Below, piece after piece: positions 21,881-36,200 of a stretch of DNA of 64,000 nucleotides. Positions within the stretch are counted from its first letter, which is position 1, and every line of letters begins with the position of its first letter. Origin of the DNA: Selaginella moellendorffii (Eukaryota; Plantae; Lycopodiophyta); the NCBI RefSeq assembly GCF_000143415.4, contig NW_003314285.1:1933013-1997012 (forward strand), given 5' to 3'. The notes below the pieces were generated by a model. That model saw only the letters and a program-made list of their open reading frames with translations, had not been told where the DNA came from and made no database searches. A program made the position numbers and the translations under genes.

Positions 21881-23295
21881 CCTCCTCGAGAATGCGATCG
21901 AGGAGGGATAGTGGAGGAGGGATTTGTTTTGGGTTTCCCAGGAGGTGTGAGATCTGCATTGAATTGCCCACCAAAGATCAGCAGCGGCGCAGCTCTGGAA
22001 GAAGAACTGAAAACGAGGCGCTCCGCGCGCCAGATCTTCCTTTCTTTATTTCCTTCTTTTCTCTTTTCCATCTCGCTTCTTCTCACCCGCCGTCGCGCAA
22101 AGGAATCCTGATCTGGATTGATCGATCGATCTTCGTTTCTTGTAAAATTCGAGCGCTGGGAAAGAACGATTGATTCCAAGTCCTTTGTGTGCCTCGGTGG
22201 TGGAAAAGGTGAGGTTGAAAGAGAGAACTTCTCTGGCAGACAAGTTTCTATCCGAGGAGGAAGGCTCTTTTCTTTTCGTCTTTATCTTTTTGCTCGCTAA
22301 AATATGGAAGCGAAGATCCTCGCAGGCCAGCTTAGCGGCCATTGGCAGGCAGGAGAGATCGCAAGATCACGAAAAATGAGTAGACCGCGCCGTTCCACAT
22401 ACCAACGCTGCCATTCTTCCGGCTTGCTCGCTTTCACTGTTTGGAATCATTGTGAGCACGAAAACTCTCTGGAGGCTGGATTTTGTTAGAGTCAATCCAC
22501 GATCCACGGGCTTTCTGATTCAGCGGCTCTACTGCTTAATCTGGAAGATGAGAACGACAAGCAAACAAGAGACAAAGAAAAAGATGTTTTACCTTGTTCT
22601 GGTCGAGTCATAGGCTCTGTAGCTATCTCCTCCATTTTGCCTCCTGGAAAGTTGAAAGTGGAGAATTACGATGCGAGAATGCCAAACAGCGAAAAAATGT
22701 CATTATTGGTTACCAGTAGCTTTGCTCCCTTGCATTGCTTGTCCTCGAGCTAGCGAGCTAGCTTTGACTTGAATCCGACAAGAGCAAAGAACAAAACAAA
22801 AATATGAGAAACGAGACTAGAGGACGCAATACCCAGGACAGACTAAACGTGCGAGCGATCGAGCGAGTTTCATCGCTTTGGAGAAACACCAAACCTGGAA
22901 GAGAGAAGAATCACAAGTTAGCTAGCTCTAATTGACAAAGATGATCCGGAAGGAAAAACAACTATAGATTACTTACAAGATAAAAGGCTGGACTGGATGG
23001 AAGATATGGACCAGTTTGCTTGCCAGAGGCCACAGGCCGCCAATAATGCCTGTATGGACGCACACACACAAACACACACACTGCCACAAGCGAAAAGCTT
23101 GTGAGCTCGCATCACTTTCGTCTCAACGACCCATTTATTCCTGGCAAAGCTATCTTGCTAAGGAAGAGCGCGCTTACGGGGTCGAGGACTACGGCTGCAG
23201 GATAACTTGTAGGCCATTAGAGCAGACGTCCTGGGGCTCGTCCGGGAAAGAAAACGTTTTTAAAACCCGAGAAAACTTGGCGTACCTCGATAGCT

Positions 23296-25620
23296 TTACA
23301 TTTTCGAAGGTCGGGGGTACCAACCCCACTGCTCCTCTGATATGTATTTGGTAACTTGCTTCACGGACAAATAGTTCTCGAGACCCCTGTGAGTGGAAGA
23401 CAAACAATGAAAACGATGTACGTGATGAGAATCCCTACAAATATCACTCACCATTCTCCCAGCTCCCGTCCAAAGCCACTGCGTTTTGTACCACCCCACG
23501 GGGCCTGGGTGAAGGTCGGCTGAGCACAATTGATCCATATGATTCCCGCTTGCAACAGCTGTTTTGGCCAGGCTTAGAAACAAGCAAAAAACAACAAGAG
23601 ATAAGTTTTTTCTAAAAAAGTACCTCTGCTACACGCTGGCAGCGGTCCTCGTCTGTCGAGATGACGGCCCCTGCGAGTCCATACCTTCAAGCAAACAGAC
23701 AGATTGAGCAAGTTCTCACAACCATGTGGCTTACTCAGAATCGTTGGCCAGCTTTATAGCTTCCTCTTCTGTTCTGAAGGTCCGAACTGCAAGGACCGGA
23801 CCAAAGACTTCTTCTTTCCATATCTGAGAGGAGGGCCTGACGTTCGCAAAGACTGTCGGCTCAACAAAATATCCTTTGCTCAAGTGCTGGAACGCGAAGA
23901 CACGACAATGAATATCAACGGCTTGCTTTACACAAAACTGATGAAGCTTACCTCCGGGCGTTTCCCACCACACAGCAGCGTAGCACCTTCTTCTTGTGCC
24001 GTAGATATGTACTTCATGACCTTCTTGTACTGGAACTCACATGTACACCGTATGAACTAAAGAAGGCAAAGATAGGAACAAGAAGAAAACACTACCTGAC
24101 CATCGCTCACAACTGGACCAAGTCTGCATCCCGGCTCCAAGGGGTTTGAAATTTTTATCGTTTTCGTCCATTCTGCCAGTCTTTCCAAAAACACAGATGC
24201 GATATTTTCCTGTTACATCACAGCCAGTGGTAAGGCAATTCTCCCATCAGCCGAGCATTATATTACCTGGAGCAACAACCTTGATGTCGCACTGCAAATC
24301 TGACCATTAGTCCAAAACACTCCGAACATTGTCCATTCAACAGCTGTGTGATTCCACCCGTCAGGATTAGATGTCGTTGAATGTTCAATAACGTACCTTT
24401 CTCAATATCCACATCATCGAAAACGATGATAGCACTTTTCCCACCCAATTCCAGCGTCACGGGCTGTTGATAGACACAAAGCTAACCGAATTGTATGAAA
24501 AGATCGAAGCACCTTGATTATTTCAGCAGCTGCTCCCATTATTGATTTCCCAGTGGCTGTACTGCCTGTGAATGCAACCTGTAACAGAAAGAAAAGGAAA
24601 AGTAAGGCATGAAACATCAGCATACTAAAGCCAACCTTATCAACACCAGGATGCTTAGACAGAGGCGCACCGGCATCTTTCCCTAATCCAGTAACTACAT
24701 TCAGTACACCAGCAGGAAGCCCGACCTTCGCGGCGATTGACGCAAGTTCCAAGCAGGTACTGGCACGACAAACAGTAGAACTCGTTGTGCAAGGGAAGTA
24801 GGAAAATTTTCACGATCTTACACTGATGCAAGCTCTGATGGTTTAAGAATGGCAGTACAGCCTGCTGCAAGAGCTGGTGCAACCTTCCAAGTTGCCATAA
24901 GTAAAGGATAATTCCTGCAGAACCATCTTGTCAAGGATTGCATAAGAAAAAAAAAAAAAAGGTGCGAGATCTACCATGGAGTTATAAGACCGACAACACC
25001 AATCGGTTCTTTTAAGACGTTAGTCTTGAATGTATCCATTGGAAGCTCTACGGACAGGTGCCCCTTTGCATCCAAACCTTCGGCCAGACCAGCATAGTAG
25101 TCGAAACATCCCGCAACATCGTCCTAGAAAAAGCTTGGATAAATTCCAAAGCATAAACTCGAAAAGCCGAAAGTCTTACCATATCCCATGCCGCTTCGTC
25201 GAGGGGTTTTCCACAATCCATCGCCTCGAGCTCAGCCAACTGAGATTTCCTCGCAGTCACCTAGAACAGCACAAAAAAAATTTAGCGCAAGAGAGGCGAA
25301 AGCCATCATATCATCACTTACTTCGGCAGCAATGGCTCGCAAAAACTTTGCCCGGTACTTCCCCGTAGTTCTTGCCCAATATTTCCCATTGTCTTTGGTA
25401 AACGCCTCCCTAGCGGCCTTGACAGCGAGATCCACATCGTCGGCCGTGGCAGCGGGAATGTAGCCTAGAAATTCCATCCATGAGCGCAAGTGAGAAACTC
25501 GCAATTCTCACCTATGGTATCTTCCGTCGCTGGATTGATGACCGCTATCTGTCCGCCCAGATCCGGAGCTCGCCATTGCCCTCCAATGTAGAGAAGCCTG
25601 GAAGGGATCGCCGGCGCCAT
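23296..25620 (-). CDS. ALDH10: ALDH10 aminoaldehyde/betaine aldehyde dehydrogenase, peroxisomal (ends SKM)
   Basis: [69 protein letters not shown]. Confidence 0.93.
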
Positions 25621-27284
25621 ACCTCCTAAGGAAAAAATGCTAGCTAGCTAGGGCTTATCGTGCCACTTGGCATTTTTTATTCAACGTCACGAGTGGGATT
25701 TGAACTCACACCCTTACAAACTTAAAGAATTTGTCTTAACCCTAAATCATATATCCACTATGTCAGGGATGAAGCTGGTGTGGCTGGAGCGGGAGGAGTG
25801 ATGGGCATGGCGGACTGTGTGGTTTGTTTTGATGGCCCCGGGCGATTGTAGACATCTGCCGTGTGTGATGGCGTATACATGGTGCCTAGGCGGGCTTACG
25901 AGGAGGCATCTTTGAGAGAAAAAGGCGGAGGAGGATCTGCGGGAGTCGCACGCTGTGGCAATTGCTTGTGTTGGCGGACACTTTATGGGTTCTTGCCTCG
26001 GCTCTATGTTCGTCACTGACAACGAGCTCTTCAAGCTTGTTGCTCTCCTCTACTTTGTCTTGCCGTCTCCAGCATGCCAGTCGCTTCAAGGATTGTGCCC
26101 GTTGTCTGGACAAGCTTCGTGCTTTCTCTGAGTTTGGCACCTCCCTCGAGGTGAAATTGGCAGAGTGCGACCCGGAGCAGCGCCTAGCTCATTGTCTGGA
26201 CAAACTCCGGGGTGGGTCAACTTCTTGTCTTGTCATCCGATTCCTCTCTGCTTTCTCGTTGCAGGTGACTGCCGCCCTGTTCTGGACAGCATCTTGCACA
26301 CGGATTTCGTCTTCCCGATGCCTCCTCGCCATGTGGTAAGCTTGTAAAGTCACTTGCATTTATTAGTGTCATTGTGCCACCTTTGACCCATAGGGCCCTG
26401 CAACCAGCTTGTTGCTGCAGCACCTTCCAAAGCGTATCAAGGTGCTCGCCACAAGCAGCAGCTATGCGGAGCGCGTCATACAGGCTCCATACTCAAGGGA
26501 GTACATTTGGGGCAGGGATGTGGGAGGGACTGTTGTATTACCGTATCCCAATGACGCCGAAAAATGGTCCAGCTATGGTTTTCTCACCAGTGGGCCAAGC
26601 CGTGGAACTCCTCCTCAAGGCTGCCAAAAAGAACCAGCTTTTGGAGGCCCTGGTTGGAGACGCCTCTAAACTCCGTGCTCATTTCCAACATCATGGGAAT
26701 CCTCGACTGCACCGAGCATGCCCGGCTATGGTTGGCGAAGTCTAAGCTCCCAGTCTCCCAGTCTACTACAACTTCCCGCATCTGACATGTCACTCATAGG
26801 TACTCACGCTCAGTGCAATCGGTCCCTTAAACCCTAAACCCTAAACTGGCATTAGAGTCTCCCCTGGGTTTTGCAGTGGAGAAGTTTCTGAGGCGTTTGG
26901 CTATCGAAGCAAACGTGTAAGTCGTCACACATATCACACAAACGTGTGTGTTGTGCGTGCGTTGGTTGATGACGAGGATGCCTCTGGCTCGTTTGCCGTG
27001 CTGCCGGAGGGCTTCAACTCAGGCTAGATTATTCTTGGCCATCTCCAGATAGCGAGGGGTTTGGGAAGACAAGGCCTGGCTTCGTCAGGTGGCTCACACA
27101 GTCACCCTGTTAGCAAAGTGTGAGCGCTCAGGTATATTCTACCCAAGCATGTATTGCCGAAGGAACACGTCTCTGACTTTGAGGCACGCCCAAAATAGAC
27201 TGGCCTAATTGTTAGTATCATCAGTCAGTATTTACTTTGATGATAGGCATAATATAAAAAATGTGTCCCTGACAAACTCGACAC

Positions 27285-29153
27285 TTATCTTCCAAGACAT
27301 GCATGCGAGATCAACACATAGGGAGAAGAATCTCTCCACGCCATTGGTTCCAAAACACTCTGTGATCCAGAGTCTAATGTCTGTAGATGCAGTTTACATG
27401 ACCCAGCAAAGCTTGTCCATGTCGCATCGTCGGGCACAAATGGCATACACTGGATAAGTTCGTGGGCATCTCCCACTCGTCCCAAACGCCCAAGCATGTC
27501 CGCCACGCAGCAGTAGTGTTGAGCAGTCGCTCTGATGCCCCGCTCCACCATAGCCACAAAGCTCTGGAATCCCCTTTGTAGATCACCCGCATGGTTGCAA
27601 GCAACGAGCACTCCCAGAAAGGCGATTGCATCCGGCATCACACCCTGAAGCTCCATTGCCAACGAAAGCTCGAGAGCTTGAGTATGATGCCCGTTTTGGG
27701 CGTATGTTGTGATCATCGCAGACCATGGGGCAGTGGATTCAATAGGTCCACGCTCGAACATATCTCTTGCTTCTGCGATATGCCCGTTGTGGGCATATGC
27801 GACAGCCATGGACGTCAAGGAGATTTCACTCCACTGTGGCATTTTGTCAAAAACATCCTTTGCTTTGCTCAGTTGCCCGTTTTGGGCATACCCAGACACC
27901 AACGCTGTCCAAGATACCACGTCCACTTCTGCGGTCATTTTCTCGAGCATGGTTCTAGCTTCCTCGACATGCCCGTTCTGGGCATAAGCCTGGATGATCA
28001 CATTCCAAGCCACGGAGTCTTTCCTCTCCAGCGATAGAAACAGCCTTGTTGCTCGCTCCAAATCCCCGCATTGGGCATATACTTGCATCATCACTGTCCT
28101 AGAAAACGCGTCCGGATTTGGTATCTCCTTGAAAAATGCCTCACAAGCTTTTAGATCTCCGCTGGCTGCGTAGGCTGTGAGAATCGCTGTCCATGTCTGG
28201 TCATTGCGGTCGTGCATCCGGTCAAACACGTGTTGAGCAGCTCTGAGAAATCCATGCTGGCCGTAAATCTGGATCACTGAGCTGCAAATTACAACGTCGT
28301 GCCCCGACATTCTCTCAAATACCATCTTTGCTTGCTCGATCTCGCCGCTCTTGGCCAGTGCCGTGAGCAGCGTTGTCCATGACACGATTGTCTTCTGCGA
28401 CATTGTCTCAAAAACACTCTTTGCAAGACTTAGAGACCCATTCTCAGTGTAAGCCAGCATCACAGTGTTGAAAGAAACGACCGTGTAAGACGGCATCCGG
28501 TCGAAAAATTCAACAAAGTCACCTGTTTGGGCATATGCCGAAAGCATTGTGTTCCACGAGAGCTCATTCCGTTTGGCCATTTTCTCAAACAATTCCCTTA
28601 CTATTTTCGTATCACCATTTTCGGCATAAGCTTGCATGAGCCCGTTCCACGAGCTCTCGTTGCGAACAGGCATCCTGTCAAACATTTCCTTGGCAGATTC
28701 CAAATGCCCGTTTTGGGCATAAGCTGAAGTTATCGCGTTCCAAGCAACAACACTTTGATCCGCCATGGCATCAAAGAGCTCTTGCGATTTTCTTAGACAA
28801 CCTCTCTGAGCGTAGCATGTAAGCAGTATTGTGTGTGCTACCTCATCCCTGGCTGGCATTATATCAAACATTTGTTGGGCTTGGTTGATAAGCCCGTTCT
28901 GGGTATATGCTCCCAGCATGAGACACCACGAATAGACATTTCGCTGAAGAGTGCTGTTAAAACAATCGTACGCTTCAGTAACACTACCGCACTTCCCAAA
29001 CATTTGTACAAGTAAATTTCTGAGGTAAGTGCCTAGAATAATGTTTGTAGATAGGATTTCCTTGTGAAGCTTCCTTGCACCAGATAAATCTCTTGTATTT
29101 GAGCAATGCTTTAAGCGCCCAACCCAGTAGTCTGATGATTTACTTTGCCCCAT
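27285..29153 (-). CDS. PLS-class PPR protein with short (~31 aa) repeats and a truncated E domain; likely organellar RNA-editing specificity factor
   Basis: 622 aa ORF with repeated SW(N/T)xxxxAYAQNGH...AK.MF..M motifs; HYCCVADMLGRLG, MPFVPD..TW, SSPYVLIS; no DYW domain. Confidence 0.92.
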   Translation of the reverse strand: MGQSKSSDYWVGRLKHCSNTRDLSGARKLHKEILSTNIILGTYLRNLLVQMFGKCGSVTEAYDCFNSTLQRNVYSWCLMLGAYTQNGLINQAQQMFDIMPARDEVAHTILLTCYAQRGCLRKSQELFDAMADQSVVAWNAITSAYAQNGHLESAKEMFDRMPVRNESSWNGLMQAYAENGDTKIVRELFEKMAKRNELSWNTMLSAYAQTGDFVEFFDRMPSYTVVSFNTVMLAYTENGSLSLAKSVFETMSQKTIVSWTTLLTALAKSGEIEQAKMVFERMSGHDVVICSSVIQIYGQHGFLRAAQHVFDRMHDRNDQTWTAILTAYAASGDLKACEAFFKEIPNPDAFSRTVMMQVYAQCGDLERATRLFLSLERKDSVAWNVIIQAYAQNGHVEEARTMLEKMTAEVDVVSWTALVSGYAQNGQLSKAKDVFDKMPQWSEISLTSMAVAYAHNGHIAEARDMFERGPIESTAPWSAMITTYAQNGHHTQALELSLAMELQGVMPDAIAFLGVLVACNHAGDLQRGFQSFVAMVERGIRATAQHYCCVADMLGRLGRVGDAHELIQCMPFVPDDATWTSFAGSCKLHLQTLDSGSQSVLEPMAWRDSSPYVLISHACLGR

Positions 29154-29207
29154 GAAGTATAAATTAACGTGCTTGCTTACAGTTTGTCATTTTTACACTC
29201 GTCTCTG

Positions 29208-29210
<3 letters not shown>

Positions 29211-29242
<32 letters not shown>
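29211..29242. repeat. (AC)16 microsatellite just upstream of the PPR start
   Basis: Read directly from the sequence. Confidence 0.95.
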
Positions 29243-29244
<2 letters not shown>

Positions 29245-32200
29245 GGGGCAAGGAAACTTGTGCTCACTCACTTATACATGAGGGAATGGTGGCTTCTCAG
29301 GTAACATGGTACGCGGCACTTCGCAAGGTTGAAGGAACACAATACAATGCGATGATAAACCGAGTCCAGCTGGTTGCTTCTCACACCACTGCCAGACGTG
29401 TTAAGTGAGTTTAGATTTGCCCAACCTCGTCAACGAGGTATCCCATGGGCGGCTGATGTGCATGTCATCCTTGAAGGCAATGTGTCACCTTTTGGGAATG
29501 AAGATCGCATAACAGGAGATTGTAAACTAAATGATGGAAACCATCTTAAACTCCACACCATGTCAAGGACGAGCAGTAGGGACTAAGGTGACGAGCTGTG
29601 GAGACTAGGATGATGGCCTAGATAATAACATCCATTTATAAATTGACATGCTTAACCAGTTTGATACTAAAATCAAAAGTTGGGCACTTACAACATAAGA
29701 ATCACATAAAACAAACAAAAATTTAAAATTTGGAACAATCTAAACACTATGATTTTAAAAACTAAATGCTTGAATGTTTAAATAAGTATTTATAATAAAA
29801 AATAAAAACATTTTAATCCAATAAATATTTTAGTTTATTTTAATATTTAAAAATAAATTAATTAAATATTAGAAAAAAAATTAAAGTTCAAATTAATTTA
29901 ATTTTCATTTCTTCCATTTATTAAATTTTAAATAGTATATATTAAATTCAGACTTTTGCAATTAAGAATATGAATTATTTTATGATTTTATTATATTTAT
30001 GTCATTATTATGTTTTCTTTTGGTAATATTAATGGGAAACGCAATATCTACTATTATAAATGCTATTATAGAAATAATGAATGATACACTAAATAATCTA
30101 ATTCCACTTGGTCAAAACATAGATAAAAATATATTAATTTCAAATATAAATGTTGATACTTATCATTATTTTTAGAAATTTATGCTGCAACTTAATGAAG
30201 GTCATGCAGATGTAAAATCTATTATAAGAAAATCAGTAGCTGAATTAAATATGAGGTTTTCTAATTTATTTATTAATCATTTTCTTAATCCTCATGATTT
30301 GGGGCAACAATTAGATACACTAAAATAAATGTTTAATCAATATTATTAAATGTAATATTTTAAAAGTTAGAAGGTACATTTATATTTAGATATTAATTGC
30401 ATTGCAACTTATGTTATACACAATAGATAAAAATATATAACATCAAATAAAGGGTCTTTTTAGACTACAAGAAAATAGGGATTTAATCTTTTATTTTTGT
30501 GATGGAAGTGTTTAAATATATATTGTAATTATAAAACTATTATTGTGAGTGTATAGAATATAGAAAGAGAATGCAAAAATGTGCAGTTAGTTCAAAAACT
30601 TTAGTTTATATATAGGAGCAAGTGGTCTGAATTGAAACTAATCTAATAGTTACCAAAATCCCACTATATTAATATTAGTATTCAACATCACAGTTGTACA
30701 CTTGAACTTCATATCATCCTTTTCTTTTCAGAATGATAGAAGACAGTCAGGGTTCTCTCATGGAAGGGTTGGGATCTGGAGGAACATTACAAGGTGGCAT
30801 CGATGGATTTGTAGATGGTGCCAGCCTTTTTATGAAGCATTTAAGCTGTTGCATATGCATAATTTATGGAGGATCAACCTGTTCAATGTCATACCAAACT
30901 TTATAAACTTGTAGTCCAACTTGTTGTAATATTTAATATCCCTTCTATTAAGTCAAAAGCCCCTTAGACAAACCACATACCATAAGATTAGGAAAATATA
31001 CTAATACTAAGTTATCCACTTTGTACTCTACAAGTAGATGATGATGGGAGTTTTAACACCATTATTGTCCCACTTGTATATGGTCTAGATGTTCTACAAA
31101 CTCTACTCGGATAAGTGGAAAAATGCTCATCAAATACTGATCCCAAGACATAGCATCGACAACTTGTAGAAATCATGAAGGTGAACTCAACTCTATTAAT
31201 AGTATTGCATCACGATTATATAATAGCCCCACTTGAGTATGTTGTGGCTCATTAGTCCTTGCCCTTCCTAGGGGTTTGGGCCTTCCCTTCGGGATGGAAG
31301 TTGGGGGGGGGGGGGGGTAGAAGTACCCATACCAGGCCATTAGGCCACGGTGTTTCACCCCAGTGTCCCGAAACAAGTGTTGCACCCAAGGTTTAGGATT
31401 TAGAGGGTCCCATGATCAAGTCTTGTTGTACTAAGGGATGTTAGGAACTTCGAGGCTTGGTGTGTTTAGCTACTTGTGCCTGTGGGGAGTGTAGTCGAAT
31501 CTTAAGTCCAGTCTAATATGGGGAGGGGGATTGGGAGAGATTTGGGAATCCGTGGATGAATGGCTAATGCTCTGTTGCTCGTGTAGTGAGTAGTTGAAAT
31601 CAAGTAGGACCAAGTAAGAGTTAGTATAGTAGGTAGGAACCTTGGCAAGGGAACTTAGCAAAAGCCAAAGCAATGGTAAGATATGTCCAACATGTTAGCA
31701 AGTTAGTGGGGGCTTGTTACAAAGCATCCCAATTCCAGATCATCCATGAAAATGTCTTATGATGGACTTCATCACGGGAATCCCCCCAAGTGAGGGGTTT
31801 GATGCGATATTCGTGGTGGTGGACCGATTTTCGAAGATGGCACATTTCATACCCACCACAACGGAAGTGGATGCGAAAGATGTAGCAAAACTGTTCTTTG
31901 AACAAGTGGTTTGAGTGCGGGGAAGGCCAGAGGAGATCATCTTAGATCGAGATAATATCTTCACCAGTAGGTTCTGGAGAACTCTCCTGGAACAGTAGTT
32001 GAAATTCAACACAGCATATCACCCACAGACAGGTATTGGGTATTAAGTCAAATTAGATGGCATTAACACTTCTTGACAGATGGACAAACAGAAAGGGTGA
32101 ATAGGCAACTAGAGGATTATTTGTGATGCTATGTCTCGGGAGAAGAAACCGATTGGGTAAGTCATTTGGAACTTGCAGAAATGTGCTATAACAACTCACC

Positions 32201-33265
32201 ACACTCGAATATTGGGGTGAGTCCATGGGAAGTCATCAATGGGCGAACTATTGAAGGTCCTATGGAATTTGGCGTGGTCGAGTATCATGGAGAGTTACCT
32301 GCAGTGGAGGCATTCACAACAGAAAGACTTAACATTTGGAATCTAGTGAGGGATTCATTGGAATGGGCTTAACAAAGACAAACCAAGTACGTGAACCAGA
32401 AGCGCCGGGATGTAGAGTTCCAAGCTAGGGAGATAAATGAATTGATCTTGAGTTCCTTAAGCAGGTTTGCAGGGCCTTACAAGATTGAGGCATGAATCAG
32501 TAAAGTGGTTTATCACCTCTGACTTCTTCGAGAGATGGGTAAAATGCACTTAGTGTTCCACGTGAACTTACTCAAACCGTACTTTGAGGATCCGCTTTGC
32601 AAGGACCAAGTAAGACCTTTACTTGAGGTTATCTAAGGGGAAGAGGAATACAAAGTCGACGCCATCCTCAATGCGCGCAAGAGCAAGCAACAAGGACGTG
32701 AGGTGAGAGAGTTCCATGTGAAGTGGAAAGGATTTCCACACTACGAAGCAACATGGGAACCGAAGGAGAACTTAGCAAACGCACGAGATCTAGTGGAGGA
32801 ATTTCTGCAAGGCAGAACTCTATGTACTTATGCAAAGTTCAATTAAAGTATCAAATTGCGAAGTTGAGCAATGGCATATGTTGTGACCCAAAAGCACGCC
32901 GAAGGTAAGTTAATTAGCATGGGTTAGCTAAGTCGACCAGGCATAAAGAACCCCCACAGGGATGTTGAATCTGTAGACGTATTCTACAGAGGTTGGGTTC
33001 GAATCCCAACCCCCTAGTAAAGCAAGGCTAAGTTGAAGTCCCGACCCTATACTAGGGCGTGGTGAGGTGAGGGGTATAGGGACACCTATACTCTGTTGTC
33101 ATGGGCTCTTGGCCGAGGAGGCTAACTTAGGCACACCGCTAAGTGGGGGGATGCCCCCGGAGACATGGTCAACAAGTCGTATGATAAAAAGAGATGTTTG
33201 ATGTGGGCATTGAACTTCTTCTATAGGTGGTGGAGTTGTAAGGAACTAACTCCCCGAGGTGTCGT

Positions 33266-36200
33266 TGTCGCGAATGTGACTTCGGGTATCGAAAGATACT
33301 TGTCAGCTAATACTTACGGACTCTCTCTCCTTACTGCCATGATGGCAGGAGGTCGGTACTGCTAGTTCCCTTTATGGTCTCCGCCCAAGCTAGTTGAGAA
33401 ACTGGTCAGCACATGTGCACTTAGACCGGAAGGGCACTAAGGAAGGAAATCCTAAGTTGTCATTAAGTCAAGCATACTTGACACGGTGATGAGAAACTCA
33501 TGATGTTGACTTGCACTTGCTAGTGTTAGGAACCCCCGCAATATTGAGACTAGTCCCTCAATATTTGCTAGATGATAGCTTACCATGTTTGCCAAACACC
33601 CTCGCTATCACGCCCTTTGTGTTAGTCTCGTTTCGGTCCCAAATGCTATTTATGTGTGGGGGGTTTCAAATGTATAGTAGAGATAGTGGTTGGAATGCAT
33701 GTCCGACCACCTGAGACATTAGTTTGGCTCCCGCTGGGCTGTGTCGCTCCTTGTTCTGCGTCCGGCTTGGGTCTAAGCCCAAGCTCCACGCTGCTCTAGT
33801 CGGTGGAGTACCCTCCTCCTCGCGTTAGGCCACCGGTATGCCAAAATTGTGCCAGACTCCGTCTGACACCATTTTGCATGCAGGTGCTGGATACGGGGAG
33901 TTGGTGCTCGTGGGATTGTATCGGACCCTCATTTCGTAGTGCAACGGGCTTGGAGTTCGTCTCCAAATTCAGGTGCGCTACATTTGGTATCAGAGAGCAA
34001 TTGTCTCAGCGATTTCTATCCAACTTTTGTCAGATTTTCTGACTCAAGTTGCATACGTAGAGACTTTTCTAGTAGATCCGAAGTGACTTGTGTAGAATTA
34101 GTTGGATTACACCATTCGGTAAGAACGTTTTATGCATGTTCAGTTATTGATAGAGGCATGCATGCAGCTAGCAGGATGGTGAAGAGGAACCGTGCTAATG
34201 ACATTGAAACCTCTAGACGGGTGAATCGAGAGGAGGAAACTCCTGCTGGAGATGCTGCGGAAGGGGCTGAGGCTGAGTCGGAAGAGGAAGAGCCAGATGC
34301 TGCGGCATTGCAGCGTACGGCTCAGGAAGTTGAGATCGAGAATTTGTGAAGGGAGATTCGCAAATTGAAGAAGGAGAACAAGAAGGGGAAGAAAGAAGCT
34401 GAGGCAGCTAAACCAGCTAAGCCTAAGCAACCGGACTCCTCTTCGAGTTCTGAGGACGATGAAGTTTTGCAGCCGCCCCCGGTTGCATGAGTTTCAAAGT
34501 TCAAGCCTCCGAAACCACCCAATTTCAGAGGCATGCGGGACTATCAGGTTTTGGAAGACTGGGTCTACAATATGGAGAACTACTTCATAGCGGCAGACGT
34601 AGGTGATCGTACGAAAGTTGCGTGTGCACAATCCTTTCTCACCGATCATGCCAAAACTTGGTGGCGCTAGGTGTGTGCTGAAAAAGGGCAGACTAGAAGT
34701 TGGACCAAGATGCGGTCTCATATCCGTAAGGAATACTTGCCGGATGATCTTGGTCTAAGACTTCGCGTGGAGCTGCGGCGGTTAAAGCAGCGAAGGGATC
34801 TTATGCATTATGTTAATGCATTTGCTCAAAAGCACATTATGATTGCAAATATGAGTGACGAAGATGCTCAGAGTTATTTCCTGGAGGGTTTAAGTTCACT
34901 TTCTCGAAATGAGATCTTGAAGTTTAAGCCAAAGACGTACCTGGAGTGTAAAGAGGCAGCGCAACAAGTTGCCTTTAGTCACTCGCTCATAGAACAATAT
35001 CAGCAATCGTATGCTGGTAACTCAAACAAGAATAAAAATTCTGGGAATAAACAAGGTGACCGAAAACAGAGAGTGGAAGGCAGGTTCCGCCCTGGAGGCT
35101 CACAAGCAACAGTTAACAAAGGTGGTGGTGGTTGGAGACCACCAGCAGCTTCTTCTGGTCCTAGGCCCTCTGTTCCTCCTCTTGGTGGGTACAAGCAGCA
35201 GCAACCTACAAAACTTGCTCCTAGCGGAATGGGTAGTGTGGGTCATTGCTTCCATTGTGGAGAGTCGGGACATAGGTCCTCGGAATGTCCCAACAAGCAT
35301 AAGACAAGGTCTCGGGTTAATGTCATGAAGAAAGACGATGGTGGTGAAGCTGAAGGGGTTGACGAGTTGGTCAATGCAGACTATGAGGAAGAAGAGGTGA
35401 GTAACTTTCGTTGCTTTTTTCAAGCTTTTCTTGCAGTCAATGCAAACACTGATCCGTTGATGTATCTGGTAGGCTTTGTCCGTAGACACCGAATCCGAGT
35501 GATGATTGACACGGGAGCTACGCACAGCGTGATATCCGAAGACTTAGTTAAGTTGTTAGGATTAAATGCTGAGCAAATGTCGCCTATGCACTTCCGGTTT
35601 GCGGAAGGTGGGCAAGTAGCCAGAAAGTTTATGAGTGATGTTCCAATAAAGATATCCAAGTGGAAAGAAAGAGTGGACTTGGTAGTGTTGAAGATACCAG
35701 ATTTTCAGATGGTGTTTGGTATGGATTTCTTCAACAAGTATATAAAAGGGATTTATGGTGCTGGACAAAGTCGTATCACGTTGAAGTCAGAAGGACATCC
35801 TGATGTATCCTTTCAGTTGCAAAAGCATTCCTCAAAAGATTGGGATGCAAAGTTCTTGACTGCGAGAGCCGCTCAAAAAGTAGCTAAGAGGGGATGTCAG
35901 ACCTTTTGGGTTCAAGTGATGGAAGCTGAGGGTATTGGTGACTCAGTTTGAATCGGCGACGGGGTTGATCCCGTACCAAAGAAGATATTGGTGTTGTTGG
36001 TGAGGAATCAGGATATCTTCCCGAAGGATTTGCCGCCAGGGCTACCTCCTAGCCGTGAGGTTGATCATCGGAGATTATTCCGGGTTCTAAACCACCTACG
36101 AAAGCTCCATATCGATTGAACATCAAGGAGATGGCTGAACTCAAGAAGCAACTCACAGAGCTTCTTGACAAAGGTCATATCCGACCAAGCAAGTCACCTT

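Noticed and set aside
25750-27200. Coding-like GC-balanced region with short ORFs and AAACCCT words
   Set aside because: No assignable motifs or consistent splice model; the telomere-like words are only 1-2 units (telo-box level).
32990-33012. GTTGGGTTCGAATCCCAAC T-arm-like hairpin
   Set aside because: No surrounding cloverleaf; lies in a retroelement 3' UTR.
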